Shown here piece after piece: positions 42,182-55,921 of a stretch of 64,000 nucleotides of DNA; within the stretch, counting starts at the first letter, position 1, and each line of letters opens with the position of its first letter. Origin of the DNA: Oikopleura dioica (taxonomy: Eukaryota; Animalia; Chordata). A program made the translations under genes and the position numbers. The notes under the pieces are model-generated. The model searched no databases. It was not told the origin of the DNA and saw nothing but the letters and a program-made list of their open reading frames with translations. The stretch covers positions 13,206,001 through 13,270,000 of the forward strand of contig OU015568.1 in assembly GCA_907165135.1 (NCBI GenBank), written 5' to 3'.

Positions 42182-44197
42182 TTATCGTTGTTTTGAGGTA
42201 TCCGATTTGAAGACAGGTGTATTTGGCATGTGCTAAAGATTTAATTGACGTATAAAGATATTGCATTCAATCTCAATTACGACTCACCAATGGTTCGAAG
42301 CCTCTAATTATATCTGATGCTCTTTCAGCGATAGCAATCGTGGGTGCATTCAAATTTCCTGAATGATAACTTTTTTTTAGACCTCAGCTCTATTCTTACC
42401 TGAGGCAACAGAAGGCATGATGGAAGAATCAACGACTCTTAGATTTTGAGCACCCATGACCATGCATTTTGAGTTAACAACTGTCATCGGGTCATCTTCT
42501 TTTCCCATTTTTGCGGAGCAACTAGGATGATACGCTGTCTCGGCGGCTTCTTTGACCCATTCGGCGATCTCTGAGTCGGATTGATATTTTTTTCCAGGGA
42601 TGATTTCTTCGAGACGATGCTCGTCCATTGCCTTTTGGGCAAAAATTTCTCGAGTAAGTTTAACAGCAGCTACGAGATCGGGCAAGTCAACTGGATCCGT
42701 GAAATATCTGAAGATGCTTTGAAATTTGAGTTGAGGTTAATAACAAACCGTGGATCAATAACAGGATGATCACGTGGATTGTTTGACTTGAGCTTGAGGC
42801 TTCCGAAGGACTTAGCCCGTAAAGTGCCAACATGAGCTTGAAAAGCTTCTTCTTTTGGTAGAGTTCGACCGTGGTCAATTACTTGCGACGGGAGGAAGTG
42901 GAATTGAATATCTGGGTGGTTAATTTCTGGATCGGCGCTAGAATGAAAAATGAAAATCCTGATCTAGTAAACTCAAACCGTGATCTGATGAAAGCTCCGG
43001 CATGCATTTGATTCCCAGCACAAACTCCCTTGCCTTGAAGAAACCACTGAACCCCGATAGCCTGCATCCAAGGAATATGCTGGTATTTATAAAGTGATTT
43101 GCCCCTGGTCGTCTTGTGCTGAACATAAACCTCCAGATGATCCTGGAGATTCTCTCCAACACCAGGCAAGTTGATGCGCGGCTCTACTCCGACAGATTTG
43201 AGCTCATCCGCATTTCCAATACCAGATTGAAGGAGCAGTTGTGGCGAGTTGATCGCTCCAGAGCAAAGAATCACTTCACCAGCGTTAATTTCTACCTTTT
43301 TGTCTGCTCTTTTGAAGTGAGAAATTTGAACGCCAGTAGCAGTTGTGCGATTGAAGAGGATCTATGACCGGATAATGGTATGATTAATTGACAAAAAAAA
43401 AAAATTATCCCAAGTTCCTTATCAGTAAAGGTGCTCGTAAGAACGTCGAGATTTTCCCGCTTGAGAGCAGGCCTCAAATATGCAGATGCAGTGTTCCATC
43501 TTGTTCCTTCGTTAATATTTACGGTACATGGTAGTCGACCGAAGCCCTCTTGCTATAAATCAATTGTATTCTATATTAATTTGTATCGAACCTGGAAGCC
43601 ATTGAGATCATCTGATTTCGGGTAACCGGCTTGAACGCCAGCTTCGATAAATGCATCAAATAAGGGTGTTGCTTCGAAAGACCCCTCAGTTACGTGAAGA
43701 GGTCCATCTCCCCCTCGATATAAATCACCACCTTTGTAAAAGCACTGAGCTCTTTTGAAATAAGGTAACATATGGTCATAATTCCATGTCTCGTCACCGC
43801 ACTCTCTCGCCCATCTATTTTGATCCTCTGCATGCCCTCTCACGTAAACCATTGCATTGAGCGAACTTGATCCTCCAAGAACTCGGCCTCTTGGCCAGTA
43901 GAACTTTCGATTGTTGACGTTTGGCTGCGGGACCGTGTGATAGAACCAGTTGTACTTGTCGTGGTTCAGGTTGTACATCATCGCCGAGGGCATGTGGATC
44001 GTCCAGTTGATCAATTTTCCGAGCTTGTTATGAACGGGCACATCGCTCGGCCCCGCTTCTAAGAGTAGAACTGACTTTGATCCACATTCAGTCAATCTGT
44101 TTGCTAAAACGCAGCCTGCAGAACCGCCACCAACGATGACATAATCATATGTTTTCTTTGCCGCCTGAGTAGCTGCTCTCTTCCAGTTAAAAAGCAT
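42182..44197 (-). CDS. CHDH: Choline dehydrogenase (GMC oxidoreductase), multi-exon
   Basis: Motifs seen: [81 protein letters not shown] and [16 protein letters not shown]. Confidence 0.92.
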
Positions 44198-47100
44198 CGC
44201 AAAACCAAATGAGGATAATATGAACTATTTTCGAAATCTTCCATTTTCGGCCAATGTCAATATTTTCGAGCAAGAGCACATAAATTGTACATAAAGAACT
44301 CATGTGGGGTAAATATAAACACTCCTCGAAAATAATGCGAATTTTCCAATTCTATGGCTGAATAAAACCAGACACCATTTATTGGCAATAATTTGCAGTA
44401 ATGAAGTCATCAAAATGCATGAATACCAAAATAACCCGTCAAATGTGGCACAGTAACGATTTTAAGACAGTTCATGAATGGCTCGTTGAATGCAGCCGTC
44501 GATCAAATTAAAGAGCAGCAATGTTCGTGCTTAAAATATTTAATTACTTGTTAGTTTAAAGAGAGCCCTTCACTCTAATGCCAACACATAAAATACTAAA
44601 CAACACTGTAGTTCAATAGAGTCTGTTTAACTCCAGAATATAACCAGACAAGAGAAGGCGATAAAAGTAGGATCTACTTTCATCAAGCCACGGTTAAAAT
44701 TCAAACGGCTATAAATCATCTGACCGTGATTTATATACAGTAATAAGCGTTTTATATAAAACAGAGTACAGTAGCTATCGACTGATTTTCATCAATAGCA
44801 TTCAGATTTGAATTCTTTATCCGATCTCAGCCGTCTCCCGTCGGTTCGCACCACTAATTCGAATTCATTAAAATTAACAAATAATTGGCAGAAAACGAAG
44901 AAAAAAACAATCCCACAGAGGTAGAGAAATATGATGGAATCAAACAACGAGGAAGATTCGTCTTATTCCGACAGGAAATTTAGCACAATTTCAGAAAAAG
45001 AAAAACAATTTTGATAATCATAATTATAAACTCAGTGTTAAATTTGCCAAAGAATGATGGAAAAAGTCGCATTTATAAAAGGAATGGTTAATTACTCCCA
45101 ATGTGATTGGCGGAATGACTAAAAATAAGAACTAAAACGTGGATCCTTGAATGACAAATTTGATTTGACAGTCTAAATTTATAATTTTATCACTGGCTGC
45201 AACAATTATCCAATGAAGGTATTCCTATTGAACAGCTGCGGATGCAAATGGCGCCTGAATCCTCGAAAGAAATGAGCTTTGAAAGGTGATTTGCGTTTTT
45301 AAGTAATCAAATCGCGTCTACTACCCGAGTACGGGTTAAACATTTATGCGAAAGAAAATAATGTCACTGTGGACCTGCGGATGTGCCCCTTTTCAAAGCT
45401 CTTTCAAAGAGAACTCATTCCACAAGAAAGAACAGGGCAATATGGGCAAACGGACATCCAGGCTGATAGAGACGATTAACGCTGTTTCGAGGAAATCAAC
45501 GAATACCGCCGTTCAAAACTCTTCAGAAAAGTAAGAAAAATAGCCATCTGAGATGGCCCATCTCCTCAATACAAAATATTCTAAAAGCTTCTGTTTTTGA
45601 TTATAGTTAAATAATTAAGAATATCAGCCTTCTTTTGTGTGAGAAAAGGGATGAATACTTAAAAGTCCTTTTCTTTGAGGAGTTCTTTTAGAAATTTGGC
45701 TTATTCTTGAGGACAGAGAAAATCAGGGACTGTTATATTTTTTTACAAGAAAGATGATCTTACAAAAGGTGAGAAAATAAGAAGAAATTGTAAGAATGGC
45801 GCTTCTGAAAAGAAACGTTTTGAAAGTGGTCAAATAGATTCTCAAAGTCAGATTTAAACTTTAGAATTCTAAAATAGATTGAAAATATTCTGACATCAAC
45901 TGATTGAGATCTCCATTTGCTAAGCGTACCGCGTGCCCCGAGATATAAATTAATCTTTCATTAGAAATGCGGCTGACTTTTTGTTTAATTTTGTTTGACA
46001 ACAAGGCATTAGTATTAGTGACGGGCAAGTAGTATTCAGAAATGAAACGCAAAATCAGACGCTTGTCCATTTCTTTTCAGATTTCCTCCTTCTAAATATT
46101 TAATAGCAGGTGAAATATTTAGCTACTGAGTACCTTTCTGAGTCCCCAAAATTGTTCAATTCAAGAGCAGCTAAAGTACATTATACAAATACCGAGACGG
46201 ACGTCCATCATAACTGCGATTCTAGTGAGAACAAGAAAGAGAAGAACGACACGAAGGTCAAGAAAAAGAAGAAAATGAATGAGCAAAAAAAGAAGAGCGC
46301 TTGCGTCGGACTTCCGAATAATGCTTTTAGAAATGAAATGGCGACTTTGCTCTATGCCCAGGTAGATCATCAAAATTAACTACCCCAATTTGTTTATATT
46401 ATTTTTAACTATATACTAGTTAAACATGTATATAGTAAAAAATACATATCAGTTTGGTAAATATGAAAAAATATTCAGGAGCTTTTAGAATCATTTTTTA
46501 TAATTTGCTGAAAGAATTTTGTCTATCACATGTTACATGTAAATTAGTATTTGAGGTCCATATTACATGTTAGAAGATTTTTTATGCGCCCTTTTCATAT
46601 TTTTGGTGACTTAATCCATCATTTTGCTAAAAGGGGTGAATTATTCTGATCCAAGGCTGCAAATGTGCAAGTATAAAAATAAAGGTTACTTGATTTCCTT
46701 TTCAAACAATCTCTTCAAACAATTATTAATACAAGATGCTGAGGACTTGTTTAATATTAAGTTGAACGAGCTTGTTCACTTGAGGAAGCGAATTATTGAA
46801 AGACAACTCTCGTTAATCCTCTTTGGCAAGTTATTATTCCCCCAGCGAAATGAAGAAAAAATATCTTTAATCTATCCGATAGATTCTATCGTGGTCGGAA
46901 TCTCAAAAATTCTCCCTTACCTTCACCAATATTAAATTACTTTTCAGTTCAACAGCGAGCTCGAGTTCGGATCTTCAATACCTGGCACGAAGTGCAGGAT
47001 CAATCCGCCGCCTTATAACAGGTAAATAAGATCAAGGTTGCTCACGAAGGGATCTGTCACCAATCATTCAAAATGAAGTCAGCTCAATTAGCATTTGAAA

Positions 47101-48919
47101 ATCAACAATGATTCTGACAATAGCATTTGCTATTTTCAGCATTCAGAATATTTCACAAAAGACCTGCCAGAGAATATTAAGCTTCAAAAAAGAGTTTTTG
47201 ACATGAACACGACTGCTATGTTTATCTTACATTGATACATAAATATTCAACGGGCCACTTTATAAAGGCAAAAAACAACAACTTGGATGTCTTTTAAGTC
47301 TTTTGACCAGAAATAATGAAGAATACTTTTGCACGTCTTTCCCAGAGAATCAAGCAAAGCCCCAAGCTTGAAATGCTCGGATATGGAAATGGCACTGCTG
47401 CCTTAGGATAGTTAATATTTTAATTATTGCAAGATTTGATGACTACTCAACACTTCTTGTAAAACCTGCTTCGTTTAAGTATTAATTTTCACAGATGTCA
47501 GTTCCGAGTATTCGTACTCGAACTTACACTATGATAACCAGTTTTTGGGAATCAACAAGGACTCCAATTTGACGCCGGGATCTACTTTTAAATACGATAA
47601 CTTAGAAAGGTAACAGTCGATTTTTTTGATGAAAATCTTCATAAACGCATTTGACAGTTTTTTTAATTCTTTCATCAAATGAGAAAAATTGATTTTATTG
47701 AAAGGGAAAATAAGTTTGGTCACTTTTGTTTAGCTTTGCTAGCTGTCAGATAGTTATCGACAATCGCATAAACGTGCCTTCTATATAGTCAGGGCGACGA
47801 AACAATAATCTTTTAATATAATCGGAGAAAAACAAACGTTTCCTTTTTCGATTTGGACGAATTCCATGCAACATGAAAGCACAAAAGAAGGCAGAGAAAG
47901 AGCCTCTGGAAAAAGAGCCGGACGGATTTTACGTCGGCGATAAAAGAAAAAAATCCTTTCGAGAGGTTGGCCGAGCTTTTACGCTTCCATCAATTACAAG
48001 GGGAAAACCGGATGGCGTGTTTGAAAGAGGCTTTACTTAGAGTTTGAACGTTTTATACTTGAATTTGAGATTTGAATCATTCAATTTGAGTGACTTTATT
48101 TCAAACTCGAATTTTATGTTGAAAAGAATGACGACCGATCCCGAAATGTTGACGACTCTTATCTCGGCTTCTTTTATGAGAATGGGGTAGGTATTAGTTT
48201 TGTTGTTGATCAAAAAGTCAAGCAAAGGTAGTACTACTACCGTAGTAGGGGGTCAAAAGTCGGGGAGCCTCTAAGCCTAAGCCTAACCCACGGGCTACGC
48301 CCCCAGGCCCCCCAAAGGCCTAACCAAGGGAGCTTCGCCCCCGGGACTCCCTAGCAGGTAGGGTCCCCTAACCCTCACACTAACTAAGATGAGGGCTAAT
48401 AGAGGACAGTCATTTATGGCGCCCGACCGAGTACCCCGCTACATCAAAGTTAAGATTGAATATTTCATAGAAGCAAAGAAAAAATACTTTGCGATAAACT
48501 TTTCAGAAGGTCCTTTTGGAGATTGCCCTAAAGTTTTTTTAACACTTTCTAAAAGAAAGCTTCTAAAATTTTAAGTGGACAACTACTTCAATGACAAGCT
48601 TCATGTACCTTGTCACCACGACAGTGCATAGATTATAGTTGTACTTTCCACAATGAGTTTTTCATTTTTAATTCAGCGAGGCAACTGTGCCTCCAACCGA
48701 CCGAACAGTCGGTTTTAGTTGCACACATTCATTTCATCCCAACTTGAGTACAAAAGAAACCATTTTAAAAGGCTTTATTTTTTGAAATAATAAACTGTGA
48801 AAGAGATTAAAAAGAGACTTGATTATGGCAAGGCGATTGAGCCAAATAACTGTCAGTTAGTGGTTCAACTTAAGGATAAATAAGCTCAAAAATTGAAGAT
48901 TTTTTTAAACAGAAATCTG

Positions 48920-49236
48920 AACCTTTACAGTACTTATGACCTCGACGCAGGCCCATTTCAAGGGGGACGGCGCAAGTCTCATATCTCCCTTCAGTCAGAC
49001 TTCGCGACCTCAGTCTCGGTGTTCAACCTTCTTTCAAAAGACCAGCTCGAACCGAGCTCTTTAATTGTGAACCCTTTCAAAGACACATGGGGTGCATTTA
49101 CCTCTGGCCGTGCAAGTCGACTTTCGTACGACTCTCGAGACTGGGCTCAGTCGCGACCAGGAGGCTCTCGCTTGTCCAAATACTCCTCGCCAACTGACAG
49201 TATTCGCACTTATGCCAGCAGTTTCTTTGGAAGGTA
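48920..49236 (+). CDS. Ser/Arg-rich exon-like block of an unresolved gene
   Basis: Open, GC-richer frame (YDLDAGPFQGGRRKSHISLQSDF...ASSFFG) ending at a GT donor. No family was recognised. Confidence 0.3.
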
Positions 49237-50783
49237 CAGAAACAGTAATGGCACTCGTGGATAAACCTTTGCGGACACGCGCGGAAATCTATAATCTTTA
49301 GAAGATAAGCCCGATTTTATATCTTCTAACACGATAAAGAGCTCTTCTTTTTTCAGTCGCTCATTTTCAACTGAAAAATAGGCGTTTTTTATATGTATTG
49401 GAGGCAAAAGACAAAGAGACAAAACTTAAACCCTGATTAGAATTATAATATCCTGCTGCTTAGAGATATTAGAATATTTAATTGATTTTTTGTGGATTTC
49501 CTTCCTCGGAACGGCGAGGTTAAAAGTTAATTAGGCGCATTTATATGCATGGATATCGGCTGACTAAATATCACCCCGATAAGTTGTTATTTCGCTCCAA
49601 GACTGCCCTAACCAGGTGCGGTTCAACGGGCAGAACTGCTCATGAATAAGTAATTAAATAAGCTGGCATCGAAAAAAAGGAAATCTCTCAAAAATGATTT
49701 GATCGTCAAGCTAGAGATTCCATTAACCACCTATTTCGGCAAATTTTATTCGTATTTTTCGAACTCTTTTCTAAGATGATAAAACCAGGCGACTTGGCAA
49801 AAAATCTGCTCGCACCAGGTTTAAACACTAGAAATTAAAGATGAATCACTTCATCAGAAATTAAAATCTACAGATAGCATGTGATTTTAGCGTTGATGGT
49901 TCCAATGCTGACGCGGTTTTACCCGACGCCAGAAACTAGCACGTAAGAAATCTAACAAGTCAATTTTAAAGTGAGCTTAAAAAAAATCTTTTGTTGATTA
50001 TTCTAAAAAAACAGCTTCAAAGTTTCAGAATTGAAATCTTAAGTAGGCACCAAGAAAGAAATAAGCCAGATCAGTTAACGTACATCTTCAGTTGTTCACT
50101 GATTATCAAGCTCAGAAGAGTATACTACCGTATATACCGTGATTAACTGAATAAAGCGGACTGAATAGTTATCGAACTAGTTGTCGCTCTGGTGTATGTT
50201 GATGACCCAGGAGATGATCCCTTGACGGTGCAATATTCTTCCATTTAATACCATCCTCTGTCCGCAGAATCATCCCATTTCCATAATGCTCCCGTCACAT
50301 CAGACAATTCACAACTGAATGCTCCATTTTTCCCAGTCTTCTAATCATAAAAATAGACGACAACCAGCAAAATGCTGGAAAGAGCATCAACGATCAAGAG
50401 AAGGTTGTTTTTGATATGAAATATAAGAGAAATTTTCCCCTTTTTTCGAGTTTAAAAAATCTATAAAAAGTATAAAACGGGTATTTTACTCAACCAGAGA
50501 ACGCTCTCTTAATGAACTTAATGATATCTTGAACTCAAGATCCCCATAAATGAACTCACTGACTCAATAGACCAAGTGTCAGAAAAAAAATGAGAATTGC
50601 GTAAAATACGACTTGAACCCTTTCATCAATAATAAAAACGCGGACACTTAATTAAGGAGCTAATCTGACCAACAGCATTACATCAAAGCGTGGTTATATT
50701 TAAGTCCGCTCATAAATTTATAAGCCATTTGTTCAAATCTTCTGAGCAGCGTACTGTATTTGCCATAATTCTGGTTAACTTAA

Positions 50784-52703
50784 ATGAAAGGCGAAAAATA
50801 TACACTTTTGTCGCGACTCAGCTCGAACGAATCTGAGTGTCTTTTCAAAATTATTCGATTCGTTTATGATGTTTTTAGGCGAGCGAGCCATGCTAATGTT
50901 GGAAAGGGAAAACCCGAGAGACCGAAAGTACCGAGATTTATGCGAAAAAATGGCCACTGTAATATACGACAAGCGGCACAAGACAAACGCGAGAAATATA
51001 TGTCCGATCTCTTCACTACATTCGTGGATCTTGACTGGATGTACAGGTAAAATTGTCGATCTCGAAATTATGGAAAGTAAATTTAGATAAAAGTTAACTA
51101 GTTATATTTTTAAGTATCGCCTTGTTTATCGGCTTCTATGCTATTATCTGGGTCATCTTTTCATTTCTTTACTGGGTTGTCGCTTTTATCCGCGGTGATC
51201 TTGGTAAGTCCCGTGCTGAGCCCCAAACTCTTGCTAAAAAATTGTAGCATACTGGCAAGCGCAGCAATTGTTCATGGACAACTTTGTCAAACTAGCAAAA
51301 GCGAATGAAACTGACAAGATTAACTTTATGCAAGTAGCGCGAGATCGAAGAATCGCTTCGATTGTTATGAATTCTATGAGTGTTGCTGGCGTCTTCAATG
51401 GAAAATATGAAAAATACAGAAATATTCTCAGAAGTAAGAGTTTCAGTCGAACAGTTTTGTTTAGCATGTTAATTTAGGCTTGATTTACTATCCGTCTCAA
51501 GCGCACAAGCCTTGCTTCCAACATGTTCACAGCTATGCGACCGCTTTTCTATTTTTCATCGAAACCGAAACCACTGTCGGTTATGGAAAACGGGCCATCA
51601 CCGACAACTGTCCCGAAGCAATTCTTCTGCTTGTTTTTCAGGAACGTCAGAAACATTCTAATTTTCAGCCAAAGTGCTTGATTTCTGTTTCGAGCTTACA
51701 AAAAGTGTCTTCTTGGAACGTTAGTGGATGCCGTTCTTGTCGGCTGCATTTTTATTAAAATCTCCAAACCAAAAAATCGAACAGACACACTTATCTTCTC
51801 CGAAAAAGCTGTAATTGCCCAAAGAGATGGAAAGTTCGGATTTATGTTCAGGTACTTTTGGCAATCTGAAAGAAGTTGTAGAAGTTTAAGGGTCGGAAAT
51901 CTGAGGAATTCTCTCATTGTTCAATGCAAAATCAGGGCGAAATTCGTTAGATCGCGACATACTGAAGGAACTGGTTCTTGTTGACTTGATAAGTATTTTT
52001 GTATTTTTATATTGATGTCATTTATGAACCAGCTCAAAGAAGGCGAGTTCATTGCTCTTGACCAAACAGGTAGAATATTACTGATATTCTATCAGTCTTA
52101 AAACAACAATCATTACAAGTCAAGGAAGGAGAGAATCGTTACTAACGACTATTCAGACATAAATATTGGATTCGATACTGGTGCCGACAAGCTTTTCCTC
52201 GTGACGCCATTGATTGTTTTTCATGAAATCAACGAGAAGAGCCCATTTTGGGATCTTTCAGAAGCGGACATCTATAACGAGCCTTTTGAAATAATTGTCA
52301 TTTTGGAAGGGACGGTTGAGAGCACTGGAATGATTTGCCAAGGTGAAATTTTGCTTGAAAGTCTAAATTTATCAATTTTTTAGCGCGGACATCGTATTTA
52401 AACAGGGAGATACAGTGGGGCTATCGATTCATGCCCATGCTCTTCCTTGATCGACATCATTTCTCGGCGGATCACTCGATGTTTCACTCAACCTATGAAG
52501 TGAGGATGCCAGTCTACTCGGCAAAACAAGTTTTTAATCAATGTAAGCTCTCGCTTTAAACTACCCAAACTTATTTTATCAAAGCCGGCGAAAAAGAAGG
52601 CGACCAGCGTAAGTCAGGAAACCGTAAAACCGGAAGAATGGCAATCGGATGCGATTCAGCATCCTGTAATTCCGGAGCAACCATCCCAACTCAAGAAATT
52701 TGA
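50784..52703 (+). CDS. G-protein-gated inward-rectifier K+ channel (Kir3/GIRK), multi-exon; ends approximate
   Basis: Motifs seen: [89 protein letters not shown] and WGYRF. Confidence 0.93.
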
Positions 52704-53244
52704 AAATTTCTCTTGCTTTATGTAAATTGTTCAAACTGTTACATTATTATCAATTCTTCCGATGGTCATGATCGTGATCATAAAGTTCATCGAGCTCGTT
52801 CATTTATTGAATAAAATTTGAGTAAACATTTAATACATTTAATGATATTCCTGTCAAAGTTCGTTGAACTTTTCAAAAGTTTTGGACATGTAATAGTTTT
52901 GATTATTTTCCCTAATAACGTCCGTTATTCTCATATAAACACGTATTGCTTCGAGGAAATCGACTGTTTTTGGTTTGTAATCAGTAATAAACGCTAACTA
53001 CTGATTACTTCCATCTTGGTGATTTTCAAACCAAAACCTTCAGGCAACCGTTGGATAATTGAATCAAAGAGGATTATTCTACCCGCAGCAATTTGAGATA
53101 TCTCTCTTGTTGTCATCTCGGTTTTCTCCGAAGTCAATAAGCTCCAAAAATCTAATCGACTCATCTCCAAAGTACCCATTTTTCGTTTATGACGTTCGTC
53201 TTCACAAACCATCATTCTCCCCGTGCTGCGACGGATTTAAATTC

Positions 53245-54536
53245 GGCTGCTCCTGGATCGCGCGGAATCCTGGATCGCGCGGATCCCGGATCGCGCGAAT
53301 TCCTTGATCACGCGGATCGGGTGATTCAGGATTCTGCGCGATCCAGGATTTCGAAAAATCTGAAATTCAATTTACAATTTTGCTTTTCTTATCAAAAATG
53401 GCCAGAACTGTTGTTAACTTCTCAATACACGGGCGCGCGACTAAGCGCTCAAAACACGGGGTCGGGTGAGGGGACCACAATGCATTATTCAGCCCCCCGC
53501 GGCGCGCAAAATTCGGAGTGTGATAAAGAGCGCTCAAGACTTTTAGCTCTAACTTGCGTTTCCGGCAAGCAAAAAGTTTCAATACATATCGCTGGAAAGG
53601 TTGAACACTCTCCTATCAAGATTTACAATTAATTTTGCAAAATACTTTTTGGATTTACAGCTGATGAGTGAAAGATAAATCCGGTGCAAAACGCCACCAC
53701 TTTTGAGAAAACTTCCGAAATTTCACAAAGTGGTTCGTTTTCGACACCTTAGCTCACATTTCAAAAATCAGGTCAAATGGATTATCACAACAGAAATTAC
53801 GGCGGCTCAAAGTCGCCGTGGTCGGTTGAACCGACCACGTGTATTGAGAAGTTAAGCCATGTAATTCTTATCTTTTCAATTTAGAAATGTCAGAATATCA
53901 AATAAATATAGAACCTTCAACGAATTCATCATTCAACGATTTTAGTTGTTTGATTTCCGGGACCTACTTTTATGCGCAGGGATTAGCAGGGCGCAAGTTC
54001 CATTTGGAGGTGACAAATGGTCCATTTGAAATGGATGGCAGTCCCGGATTTTCATAGGGACAGATTAGGATAAAAATTGAGAGCTATTCTTATTTAAGAT
54101 AAATTATTTATCATCGATTCCCTTCATTTTCTTCTTTTGATTCTTTTCAAAACGTTTCTCAAATAAATAGCTGTCCCTGCGAAAATCCGGGAATACCTTC
54201 CATTTGTCACCTCCAAATGGAACTTGAGCGCTGCTAATCCCTGCGCATAAAAGTAGGTCCCGGAAATCAAACAACTAAAAATAGTTGAATGATGACTTCG
54301 TTGAAGGTTCTATTAATTTGATATTCTTACATTTCTAAATTGAAAAGATAAGAATTTCATGGCTTAACAACAGTTCTGGCCATTTTTGATAAGAAAAGCA
54401 AAATTGTAAATTGAATTTCAGATTTTTCGAAATCCTGGATCGCGCGGAATCCTGAATCACCCGATCCGCGTGATCAAGGAATTCGCGCGATCCGGGATCC
54501 GCGCGATCCAGGATTCCGCGCGATCCAGGAGCAGCC
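53245..54536. mobile_element. Mutator/Foldback-like non-autonomous element with ~370-bp TIRs
   Basis: 9-bp TSD TTTAAATTC at 53236-53244 and 54537-54545. The left arm is 53245-53417 plus 53856-54063, the right arm is 54171-54536, and the spacer is 107 bp. The outer ends are built of GGATCGCGCGGA(A)TCC modules. Confidence 0.88.
53418..53851. mobile_element. TTAA-specific (piggyBac-like) MITE, 434 bp, nested in the left TIR of the foldback element
   Basis: Perfect 14-bp TIRs CTTCTCAATACACG. TTAA is duplicated on both sides (53414-53417, 53852-53855), whereas the right arm has a single TTAA. Confidence 0.88.
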
Positions 54537-54760
54537 TTTAAATTCACTTGAGATGATGCACTGGAGATATTTTTTATCCTTCACGTAAAGTTACTGCTCA
54601 CTTATCCAGCCTGACGTAAATATTGATTTCTTTCGCAATGGAATTAGATTTTGTATTTAATGATAAAATAAGTCCCAATTGGCGTTTTCCGCCTTTGAGA
54701 ATATGTCAGTCAGACAGTAAGTGTGTCGGTCAGAGTTTGGAAAGGTTAAAGATACAAAAA

Positions 54761-55236
54761 TTAGTCATCTTGGGAGACAAAGTCGCCAAGCCAGTCAGAT
54801 CGGTTAGTTGAGCCGTCAGTTCCATCGTCGTTGAAAAAGTTCGTTTCGACGCAATCCGTAGCTCCATCGCAACATTGTCGGCAAACGGAATTCTCGATTT
54901 TGATATTGTTGAAAGGTTTGCACTCTTGCCACTTCCACGGGCCGCGAGCGTTGTTGCTCTTGTTGTTGAGGCAAGCGTCGACTGCTTTGCAGCCAGCCTG
55001 GACGAAGTAAGTCTTCCCTCGCCGTTTTCGGAGTGTCACTTCACATGATGTTTCGTTTGGTTGGCACTCGACTGTGGTAGAACTGGCTAAGCACTCGGCA
55101 ACGCTGGCCGCATTGCAAGTCATGCAGCTAATAAATATTTTTTAACAAAAAAAAAACCAAAAACTTTGACTTACGAAAAAGGATCAGCAGCTTCTTGAGA
55201 AAAGACTACAGCAGTGAAAAAGGCGAAAATCTTCAT
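54761..55236 (-). CDS. Small secreted Cys-rich protein (three-finger-like / larvacean Cys-repeat type), copy A
   Basis: Signal peptide MKIFAFFTAVVFS and one GT-AG intron. Mature sequence is CMTC...C...C...C...GC...C...C...SVCRQCC...C. Confidence 0.75.
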
Positions 55237-55921
55237 TATTGATATTCTGATTGTTTTGTCGAAAGTATTCTGATGGTTTCAATTCTGACTGTTTCGGTTT
55301 TTATACTCGCGCGCAGTACTCATGAGAACTCAGGGGGCGCGCGAGAGATAACCGATTCTTCGAAAAGTAATATGTTTCATCTCAACTCTTTGCGTTTTGA
55401 AAGTTTCATCAGGTTATGAGGCCGCGTGAAATAGAGTTCTGCAGTACTTGATGAATAAAACATGCTAAGAAAACGTGTTTGATTTATCTTTTTTTCACAG
55501 TTTTATCAGGAGTTTTGTAAACTCAAGATAAGATACTTCCTTGTGGTTTTAACTTTAAAAACTTTTTGCGAGTTTTTTTCAAATACGAGCAAGTAAAAGG
55601 AATTCCTCATCATTAAATTATTTTTCTTATTCAAAAACTGATTCGATTCTGGCTTTTGAAAGAATTATGGAACGGATCTCTAAATCTTTATTCTATTTGC
55701 ATATGTAGACAGAATAGAAAGTAGAGAAGCGTATGTCTAATTTTATTTCATAAAGAATGGAACTTCCGAAAGTATTTTTGCAATCAGATATCGACAAAAT
55801 TAAAACGTTCACGTAAGGGCTTTTCCGGGAATATGCTGCTAACGTCCGATCAAAGGGAGGATGAGAAATCTGATCTGTTGTCGTCAGAGGCTAATGCCAC
55901 AGAGTTCGGGCAGCGTTGATT

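Noticed and set aside
45861-46070. 69-aa minus-strand ORF with protein-like composition
   Set aside because: No recognisable motif and no supportable exon chain.
46290-46361. NNAFRNEMATLLYAQ resembling the TAF13/SPT3 histone-fold start
   Set aside because: The match is too short, and I could not assemble downstream exons that continue the fold.
53189-53632. 147-aa ORF, and 54335-54547 sharing the same peptide
   Set aside because: Both come from the two arms of the foldback element; there are no transposase motifs.
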